A stretch of DNA of 24,007 nt from Abditibacteriaceae bacterium (GCA_031425655.1 JANPJS010000217.1:1-24007), one strand, 5' to 3'. Positions 1 through 6,577 are shown, numbered from the stretch's first letter. The notes: generated by a model not told the origin, from the letters alone. Program-made: numbers and translations.

Positions 1-402
1 CTGCTGGTGAGTGAACCGATCGCCGCCGATCCGAAGAAGGCGGAGCTCAAGCGGTCCTTGGATGCCGCGGTCCGTATTCTGGTGGCCGCGGGATATACGA
101 TCAAACGGATCCCGATGCATGCGCCTTTCGCCGCAGACGACGCCGACAAGCGTATTTGGCGGACCTACGCCAACAGCGTCTTCGTTCGTGGGCCGGCGGG
201 CGATTTTGTCCTCGTGCCGACCTACACCTCGGATAAGAGTCCGAAGGCCGCTCAAGACATCGAAGCTGAAGCACTCAAGACTTATGCCGACGTGTTCAAG
301 GCGAAGTATCCGACCTCGAAGATCATCAAGATCCCCTCGATGATGATCATCGAGGATGGTGGGGCCGTGCACTGTTCGACGATGCCTGTGTCGGCGGAAT
401 GA
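1..402 (+). CDS. Agmatine deiminase / peptidyl-arginine deiminase family protein, 3' part (5'-truncated by the window)
   Basis: Frame is open from base 1 to TGA at 400-402. C-terminal GGAVHCSTM matches the GG-x-x-HC-x-T catalytic Cys motif of pentein deiminases; upstream TYANSVFV and LVPTY segments also fit this family. Confidence 0.7.
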   Translation: MLVSEPIAADPKKAELKRSLDAAVRILVAAGYTIKRIPMHAPFAADDADKRIWRTYANSVFVRGPAGDFVLVPTYTSDKSPKAAQDIEAEALKTYADVFKAKYPTSKIIKIPSMMIIEDGGAVHCSTMPVSAE

Positions 403-432
403 GCGGAAGCGCTCGTCTCGAGGAACGACGGC

Positions 433-867
433 TCAACTACGCAGGCGCTTCACGGCTTCGTTGACGGCGGTTCCGCCCACCACAGCACCGCTCGCCTTGA
501 GGTGCTTCATCGCTACACCCGTGGCTGCACCTTCACTTCCTGCGGCCTTGATCGCGTCCGCGACCGGCGCCAACGCTTTGACGATGTCATCGGCGCTGAG
601 CTGCTTCGGTAGCAACGTCTCGAGCACACGATTTTCTTCTTCGAGCTTCTCGCGCATCTCGGCACGGTCCTGCACGACCGCCAACGTTTCGGTGTTGGAT
701 TTGATCAACTTGCGGATGATCTTCTGTGCGGCTTCGTCATCCACGGTGGCGCCGCGATTTTCGGCGGCTTGAATTTCTCCGAGGGCGACGCGGAGCACGT
801 CGCGTTCGATGACGCGGCCGCCTTTCATCGCTTCGATGACCCGTTTTTTGATGTCTTCCGCCAGCAT
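433..867 (-). CDS. yqeY: GatB/YqeY domain protein (144 aa)
   Basis: MLAEDIKKRVIEAMKGG...LRVALGEIQ...LETLLPKQLSADDI...GVAMK is the typical YqeY pattern. ATG at 867 is preferred over GTG at 888, which overlaps the SDR stop. Confidence 0.85.
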   Translation of the reverse strand: MLAEDIKKRVIEAMKGGRVIERDVLRVALGEIQAAENRGATVDDEAAQKIIRKLIKSNTETLAVVQDRAEMREKLEEENRVLETLLPKQLSADDIVKALAPVADAIKAAGSEGAATGVAMKHLKASGAVVGGTAVNEAVKRLRS

Positions 868-881
868 GATGTTCGGAGACC

Positions 882-2285
882 CTACCACTCGGTGGGCTTA
901 TAATCCTTGTAAAAAAGCCCGAATGCGTGCTCGCCGGTCGAAAGCCCGTCGAAGATCGGCGCGACGATGCGGGCCGCGCCGTCGACGATGTCCAGCGGGG
1001 GCGAGAAGCCTTGCTCCTCGACCTTACGCGCCGCGATGACGGCCGGATCTTCGTCGGTCACCCAGCCGGTGTCGACGCTGTTCATGTGGATTCCGTCCTT
1101 CGCGTATTCACTCGCCGAGGTTCGGGTCATCATGTTGAGCGCGGCCTTGGCCATGTTGGTGTGTGGATGTTTGTCGGTCTTGAAGCGCCGGTAAAATTGG
1201 CCTTCCATCGCCGAGACGTTGACGATAAAGCGGCGCGGATGCGGCGAACGCAGCAAAAGCGGCTTCAATTTCGCGTTGAGCACGAAGGGCGCGACGGCAT
1301 TGACCAGATGCACTTCGAGCATTTCAAGTGTTGAGATTTCATGCAGGCGCCGCCTCCACGAATGATGCGGACGGGCATCGAACTGCTGGCCGTCGGCGTC
1401 CAACTGCCCGTGTGGAAAGTGTGCTTGCAACGCGGCTTCGCCGGGATAAAGCGGATGCCGCTCCAAAAGCGCCGCGCGGTTGGGCGACGCACCATTTGCA
1501 ATGAGCATTTGCGCGCCGTCGGGCAGTGCGAGGGCGTTTTCGGCATCAAGCAAATGCTGATAAAACGCCAACGGGCGCTTGACGGTTTGTGCGGCGTTGT
1601 GAATCACGATGTCGAGATGCGGCTGCGTTTCGAGCAAATGCGCGGCAAACGCTTCGACGGAAGACAAATCGCGTAAATCGAGGCCGAAAATCTGCAAACG
1701 GTCGCGCCACGCTGCAAAGTCGGTTTCCGCGCCAAAACGTCGCGCCGCATCGCGCGCAAAGCGCGTGGTGAGCAACACGCTTGCACCATCGCGCAGCAAG
1801 CGCAACGCGACTTCATAACCGATTTTGATGCGCCCGCCGGTGAGAAGCGCCGTTCGCCCACGCAAATCGGCGCGTTGCGTGCGCTTTTGCCAGTTAAACG
1901 TCGCGCAATCGGGACACAATTGATGATAAAACCAGTGCAGTTCGGCATAAGGCTGCTTGCAGACGTAGCACAACGCGGCGCGACTTAGCGAACGCTGTGA
2001 GTCGGCGAGAGCGGCGCTCTGCGGCGCAGCGGGAAGCGTGAGCGCAGAGCGCGAAGTTTCTGCGCGTTCACGCTGTTGTTGCACCAAAAGCGTCGTCGCA
2101 CGCAGGTCGCGGTCGAAGGCGGCGCGCGTTTCACGGGCGGTGCGGCGCTGACCTTTTTTGCCTTGCGTGTGGATTTTGGCGACCAAAGCCTTCATCCTCT
2201 CATCGTCGTTGATGACGGACGGGTCTTCCGAAATTTGCTGCAACACGCGCAGGCAAACCTCGCGCTCGTGCGGTGAAATTTCCAT
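882..2285 (-). CDS. Atypical SDR-family NAD(P)-dependent oxidoreductase with N-terminal CxxC...CxxC zinc-finger-like motif (467 aa)
   Basis: Rossmann motif ALLTGGRIKIG, LDIVIHNAAQT, IVNVSAMEG, HTNMAKAALNMMTRT, MNSVDTGW; CYVC...CPDC upstream. Start moved to ATG 2285 (MEISPHERE) because the ORF-track extension to 2405 runs through tRNA-like genes. Confidence 0.88.
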   Translation of the reverse strand: MEISPHEREVCLRVLQQISEDPSVINDDERMKALVAKIHTQGKKGQRRTARETRAAFDRDLRATTLLVQQQRERAETSRSALTLPAAPQSAALADSQRSLSRAALCYVCKQPYAELHWFYHQLCPDCATFNWQKRTQRADLRGRTALLTGGRIKIGYEVALRLLRDGASVLLTTRFARDAARRFGAETDFAAWRDRLQIFGLDLRDLSSVEAFAAHLLETQPHLDIVIHNAAQTVKRPLAFYQHLLDAENALALPDGAQMLIANGASPNRAALLERHPLYPGEAALQAHFPHGQLDADGQQFDARPHHSWRRRLHEISTLEMLEVHLVNAVAPFVLNAKLKPLLLRSPHPRRFIVNVSAMEGQFYRRFKTDKHPHTNMAKAALNMMTRTSASEYAKDGIHMNSVDTGWVTDEDPAVIAARKVEEQGFSPPLDIVDGAARIVAPIFDGLSTGEHAFGLFYKDYKPTEW

Positions 2286-2293
2286 AAAAACGG

Positions 2294-2367
2294 CGGAAGC
2301 GGACGGGACTCGAACCCGCATTTTCCACATCTGGAGTGTGGTGTTCTTCCCTTGAACTACCGCTTCC
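2294..2367 (-). tRNA. tRNA-Trp(CCA)-like RNA with 8-bp acceptor stem (array unit 4)
   Basis: Hand fold: GGAAGCGG-TA-GTTC(AAGGGAA)GAAC-A-CCACA(CT CCA GA)TGTGG-AAAAT-GCGGG(TTCGAGT)CCCGT-CCGCTTCC-G, followed by CCG. Confidence 0.85.
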
Positions 2368-2375
2368 AAAATCGG

Positions 2376-2452
2376 AGGAAGCCGGGAGGAGTTGAACCTC
2401 CACACCTCCTGAATGCAATTCAGGCGCTCTTCCCTTTGAGCTTACGGCTTCC
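2376..2452 (-). tRNA. Irregular tRNA-like RNA, anticodon UGC by register, 8-bp acceptor stem (array unit 3)
   Basis: Hand fold: GGAAGCCG-TAA-GCTC(AAAGGGAA)GAGC-G-CCTGA(AT TGC AT)TCAGG-AGGTGT-GGAGG(TTCAACT)CCTCC-CGGCTTCC-T, followed by CCG. No G3:U70 pair. Confidence 0.75.
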
Positions 2453-2460
2453 AGAAAAGG

Positions 2461-2549
2461 TGAAAATGGGCGGGACTTGAACCCGCATTACTCGCGCGAA
2501 GTTCCAGGTCAAGCCGGGCCGAGCGTGCTTCCCTTGCACCACCATTTCC
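2461..2549 (-). ncRNA. tRNA-like RNA with an elongated (about 33 nt) anticodon arm, 8-bp acceptor stem (array unit 2)
   Basis: Hand fold: GGAAATGG-TG-GTGC(AAGGGAA)GCAC-G-CTCG[25 nt]CGAG-TAAT-GCGGG(TTCAAGT)CCCGC-CCATTTTC-A, followed by CCT. Confidence 0.72.
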
Positions 2550-2561
2550 CTATCGCGCCGC

Positions 2562-2635
2562 AGGGAACCGGAAGGAATCGAACCTTCACCTCGCCGAGTT
2601 GCAGTCGGCTGCTCTTCCCTTGAGCTACAGTTCCC
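2562..2635 (-). tRNA. tRNA-Cys(GCA)-like RNA with 8-bp acceptor stem (array unit 1)
   Basis: Hand fold: GGGAACTG-TA-GCTC(AAGGGAA)GAGC-A-GCCGA(CT GCA AC)TCGGC-GAGGT-GAAGG(TTCGATT)CCTTC-CGGTTCCC-T. U discriminator as in tRNA-Cys. Confidence 0.85.
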
Positions 2636-2653
2636 ATAGAGGCACTCCTTTCA

Positions 2654-2682
2654 AATATGGCGCGCCAAAACTCCAACGTCAA
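2654..2682 (-). promoter_or_regulatory. Putative sigma70-type promoter for the tRNA-like array and SDR
   Basis: Minus strand TTGACG (2682-2677), 17-nt spacer, CATATT (2659-2654); 18 nt separate it from the first tRNA-like unit. Confidence 0.6.
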
Positions 2683-2742
2683 CACAAGAACGCTTCAGTT
2701 TCCGGCGTTGCTGGCGTTGTAAAATAAAAGACTGCCCCGCTT

Positions 2743-5460
2743 ATGAACGACTTCGCCCTGCCATCTTCGGAAAATGCGCCGCTGATTCGCTGGTTTTGGC
2801 GCGCCGATGCCGACGCGCAAGGCATTTGGCGCGAGATGGATACGCTGCGAAAAAGCGGCTATGGCGGCCTGATTTTATGGCCGGACGGCGCGCAAGTCGG
2901 CTATTTGGGCGCCGAATGGATGCAAAAGGCGCGCTGGACGGCAGAAGCGTGCGCCGAACTTGATTTATCGCTGTGGCTAACCGACGATTGGACGCAGCCA
3001 TCGGGCAGCGGCGAATTGGCGCGCGGGCAAAACGAAATCGCGGCGCGTGGGCTGCGTTTTGAAACGCTGCGCGTCAGCCGCAGTGAAGCGCGTTCGTGGC
3101 GCGCACCGTCTGCGCGGCCTATCGCGGCGTGGGCCGTCCCGTGCGGCGACGGCTCGCCGCGCTTTGGCGAAGCCGTAAATCTGATGCCCGAATGGGACGC
3201 CAATCCCACGCGCGCCGTCAGCGCGTTCGGCGAAGACGTGCAGATTCTGCTGTTTCACGAAGCGATTCTCGAAGATGTAGATCGCCTGCATCCCGACAGC
3301 GCGCGATTGTTCCTTGAAAGCGCGCACGAAGCCTACCACGCGGCGCTGGGCGACTGGTTCGGCACGACGATTCGTGGCTTCTGGACAGCCGGGCCGGCGC
3401 TGCCGCAACGCACAGGCGATGAATTTCCGTGGTCGCCGGGCTTGCAAGCAGCGTTTCGAGCCGCGCACGGCTACGATTTGCGCGAGCGGCTGCTGTCTTT
3501 AATCGCGCCGACCGGCGACGACGCCGCTAAAGTGCGGCACGATTTCTGGCAAAGCGTGGCGCTGCTACTTGACGAAAGTTGGTGGAAACCGCTGCGCGCA
3601 TGGTGCGAAAATCACGATTTGCAACTCGTGATATGGGCGCAGCCGGACGGCGAAGCCTCGTATCAAGCGCTTGTGCAGGGCCACGCCGACCCGCTTGTAG
3701 CATTACGAGCCGGGCATCGCATCGCCGTCACGGGCGGCGAAAATTTGCTGTGGCCGCGACTTGCGGCCTCTGTGGCCGCGATGGAAAATCAGGCGGCGCC
3801 TTTCGTGGTCTGGCCCGCCTCTTCGCTTTCGACGCCGCAAGACCGCCTGCCCGTCTGGCAAAATTTATGGGCGCAAGGCGTCGGCGGCAGCGTGTCGAAC
3901 AATGGGGAAGCACTTCAGCCTTACGCCGAACACATCGCTTTGTGGAACGCTTCGCTGGCGCGCTGGCAAAGCGTGCTGGGCGCGACGCGGCCCGGCGCTC
4001 GCATCGGCGTTTTGATGGCCACGCGCTCGGCGTGGGCGCATTATCATCCGCAAGGGCACCGTTTCACGCGCTGGATTTGGGAAGATTACGCCTTCACCGC
4101 CGAACTGCTCGACGAATTGCATTACGACTTTTTGCTGATCGCCGAAGACGATTTTTTGGCCGCACGCGAGGAAAACGGGCAGCTTTTCGCGGGCCGTGCG
4201 GGCTTGCCCCTCGATGCCATCGTGATTCCCGGCGTGACGACGCTGCATCAAAATTCGTGGCGTAAATTGGAAGATTTCGTGACGGCGGGAGGCAAAGTTA
4301 TCTGTCTGGGACTTCTGCCGCGCTGGAGCCAAATCGGGCGCGATACCGAGTTAGAGAACCACATTTCGCAGACGACGCTGCTCACCGTTTCCGATCTTTA
4401 CGCGCAAGGCCAAACCGATCTTGACGGCGAAGAATCCTCGACCGGTTTCCCGATTACGCGCCAAAACGAGCGCGAAGGCCGCATGGCCTGCTATCAGCCG
4501 CAACTCAACTTCGACCGCGCCGATGCCCTTCTGCGCGTGCGCCAAATGATGAAAGACTGCCTGCCCGCCGGCTGCGAAACGCAAACGCCCGGCTTGCTTT
4601 TCGCGCGCCGCGCGGCGGCGGACGGCGACTTGTTTTTGCTGGTCAACGGCGGCGCGGCGCAAATCGCGCACGCGCGTTTGCGTCCGGCCAACGCCGACAG
4701 TGGCGCACTTTTTCAACTTGATGCGTGGACGGGCGAAACGCGCGCCCTGCCCGTTTGGATGGAATTCGGCGCCGACGAAGGCGGTGGTTTCAGCATCGAA
4801 TTGACTCTCGCGGCGGGCGAAATTCGCCTGCTGCAATGGCGACGCGGCGCCGACGGCCCGCGTGTGCAGCGCGCCAACTTCGTCCTCGAAAGCTACGACG
4901 GCCAGACCGCGCGCGGCTACGCGATGCAAAACGGCGCCGCGCGCGTGCAAGTGCGCCAATCGGAGCGCATTCGCACTTTTTCGACTGAGGTTTTGCGCGT
5001 CCCGACGGGGCTGTTTTTACCGGACGAATGGCTGGCGCGGCCTTTAGGTGAATTCGCGCCGCCGGAAAATGAAATCGAAGAATCCTTCGACGAAATACTC
5101 GAACCGGGCACATTATTGCTTGCCGCCGGTTCGTGGCGCGAGCAAGGCTTGGATACTTACGCCGGTGCCGTGGACTATGCGCAAACCTTTGCGCTGCCGC
5201 AATCGTGGAGCGGCTGCCGCGTGTGGCTGGAATTATCGCAACTGCGCGAATCCGTCGAAGTGTGGCTCAATGAAACGGGGTGCGGCGTGCGTCTCGCGCC
5301 GCCGTGGCGCTTTGAGGTCACACAAGCCTTGCGTCCCGGCGCCAACGCGCTGCGCCTTCGCCTTTGGAGCGGCACTTCGCCCAATTCGGACGCGGGCTTG
5401 CTCGGCCCGGCGCGCTTGGTCGCGTATCCGATTGTCGAAATCAAAACGGAGAAACCATGA
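2743..5460 (+). CDS. GH106 (alpha-L-rhamnosidase)-like protein with C-terminal sugar-binding beta-sandwich; catalytic motifs look degenerate
   Basis: N-terminal PLIRWFW...GYGG...YLGAEW...LWLTDDWTQPSG; FPWSPGL...GYDL...KVRHDFW; class I GATase-like middle segment (LHYDF...IVIPG); C-terminal GSW...YAGAVDY...VEVWLN...PPWRFEVT...G.N.L...GLLGP. Confidence 0.7.
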   Translation: MNDFALPSSENAPLIRWFWRADADAQGIWREMDTLRKSGYGGLILWPDGAQVGYLGAEWMQKARWTAEACAELDLSLWLTDDWTQPSGSGELARGQNEIAARGLRFETLRVSRSEARSWRAPSARPIAAWAVPCGDGSPRFGEAVNLMPEWDANPTRAVSAFGEDVQILLFHEAILEDVDRLHPDSARLFLESAHEAYHAALGDWFGTTIRGFWTAGPALPQRTGDEFPWSPGLQAAFRAAHGYDLRERLLSLIAPTGDDAAKVRHDFWQSVALLLDESWWKPLRAWCENHDLQLVIWAQPDGEASYQALVQGHADPLVALRAGHRIAVTGGENLLWPRLAASVAAMENQAAPFVVWPASSLSTPQDRLPVWQNLWAQGVGGSVSNNGEALQPYAEHIALWNASLARWQSVLGATRPGARIGVLMATRSAWAHYHPQGHRFTRWIWEDYAFTAELLDELHYDFLLIAEDDFLAAREENGQLFAGRAGLPLDAIVIPGVTTLHQNSWRKLEDFVTAGGKVICLGLLPRWSQIGRDTELENHISQTTLLTVSDLYAQGQTDLDGEESSTGFPITRQNEREGRMACYQPQLNFDRADALLRVRQMMKDCLPAGCETQTPGLLFARRAAADGDLFLLVNGGAAQIAHARLRPANADSGALFQLDAWTGETRALPVWMEFGADEGGGFSIELTLAAGEIRLLQWRRGADGPRVQRANFVLESYDGQTARGYAMQNGAARVQVRQSERIRTFSTEVLRVPTGLFLPDEWLARPLGEFAPPENEIEESFDEILEPGTLLLAAGSWREQGLDTYAGAVDYAQTFALPQSWSGCRVWLELSQLRESVEVWLNETGCGVRLAPPWRFEVTQALRPGANALRLRLWSGTSPNSDAGLLGPARLVAYPIVEIKTEKP

Positions 5461-6428
5461 ACACCCTTAAAGTTGCTGTATTGGGCGCGTCGGGAATCGG
5501 GAAAAATCACGCGCGCTGGTTTCATCAGCACGGCTGCGAGGTAGTAGCATTTCTCGGCTCGTCGGCTGAAAGCGTGGCGCGCACGCACACGGCGCTGCAA
5601 GCCGGTTTCGGATTCACCGGGCGCGGCTACACCGATTTAACGGAGTTGCTGCGCGAAGCCACGCCAAACATCGTTTGCGTTTCCACGCCGCCGCCGCACC
5701 ATTTCGCGCAAGTGTTGGCGAGCCTGCGCGCCGGCGCGCACGTTTTATGCGAAAAGCCGCTGGTTTACGACCCGCAAATCGCGCCCGATGAGTTAATCGC
5801 GCAGGCCAATCGTTTGGTCGAAGAAGCGGAAATGTTCGGCGTTTTATTGGGCACGCAGATGCAATATGGCCCGGCGTTGGGCCATTTGCTGCGCGCCGCG
5901 AACGTCGAAGCCGACGACGTGCGCGATTATGAAATGTTGATGGAAACCAAAAACATCAAGGACAAGCGCGACTACGAGCAAATCTGGATTGACTTGTCGC
6001 CGCACGCGCTCAGCGTCTTGCAGAAGCTGGGCGGGCCGGACGCAACTATTGACGAGGCTTCGATTGATGCGACTATCGGCGAACGAGAATCCATCGCGCG
6101 CTTTACGGTTTTGCGTCCCGGCGGCACGCCGATTCGCGCCCATGTGACGGTGCGTTTCGACCCCGAAGCGAATCCACCGCAGCGTTATTTCGGCTTCAAC
6201 GGCACGCGCATCGGCTACGCGGGCCGCAAAAACGCGATGGGCGACTTCGTTTCGTTTCTGAGCGGGCCGGGCGGGACGGAAACCGAATTGCCCGACTTGG
6301 TAGATTTGCTCATCGGCGATTTCGTGCGCGCCTGCCGGGGCGAAAACTCAGTCCCAGTTTCAGGGGCCGAAGGCGCGCAAAACGTCGCGTGGCAGCTTAG
6401 AGTCGCCGAAAAAGCGCAACGCGTGTAA
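5457..6428 (+). CDS. Gfo/Idh/MocA family oxidoreductase (323 aa)
   Basis: LKVAVLGASGIG, VCVSTPPPHH and GAHVLCEKPL motifs. ATG at 5457 overlaps the upstream stop (ATGA), with GGAG at 5448-5451. Confidence 0.9.
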   Translation: MNTLKVAVLGASGIGKNHARWFHQHGCEVVAFLGSSAESVARTHTALQAGFGFTGRGYTDLTELLREATPNIVCVSTPPPHHFAQVLASLRAGAHVLCEKPLVYDPQIAPDELIAQANRLVEEAEMFGVLLGTQMQYGPALGHLLRAANVEADDVRDYEMLMETKNIKDKRDYEQIWIDLSPHALSVLQKLGGPDATIDEASIDATIGERESIARFTVLRPGGTPIRAHVTVRFDPEANPPQRYFGFNGTRIGYAGRKNAMGDFVSFLSGPGGTETELPDLVDLLIGDFVRACRGENSVPVSGAEGAQNVAWQLRVAEKAQRV

Positions 6429-6439
6429 AAACGGCCCGA

Positions 6440-6535
6440 TGGCAAAAAATGGCGGGCAAAAAATAAGAACATTCATGGCATTTAGGATGATCAATGCCAC
6501 TTTTCCGCCATTTTTTGCCACTTCATTTTTTGCCA
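6440..6535. repeat. REP-like palindromic element between convergent genes (possible bidirectional terminator)
   Basis: TGGCAAAAAATGGCGG (6440-6455) is perfectly complementary to CCGCCATTTTTTGCCA (6505-6520). Unit GGCAAAAAAT occurs twice forward (6441, 6455) and twice reversed (6510, 6525). Inner TGGCATT/AATGCCA stem. Confidence 0.75.
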
Positions 6536-6577
6536 AGTTCTGGCTTTCGAGACTGCCTACTGCCGTCCGGCGTTTGA

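Noticed and set aside
2286..2405. 40-aa N-terminal extension of the SDR given by the ORF track (GTG 2405)
   Set aside because: It is a translation of tRNA-like units 3 and 4; protein-like sequence begins at ATG 2285.
2294..2635. Calling the array selC (tRNA-Sec) or a CRISPR array
   Set aside because: No UCA anticodon, long variable arm or extended D-stem. Units are divergent cloverleaves rather than identical repeats with unique spacers, and no cas genes are present.
5364..5456. Upstream start for the Gfo/Idh/MocA gene
   Set aside because: Overlaps the GH106-like gene by about 95 nt; ATG 5457 has an SD, ATGA coupling and starts right at the Rossmann strand.
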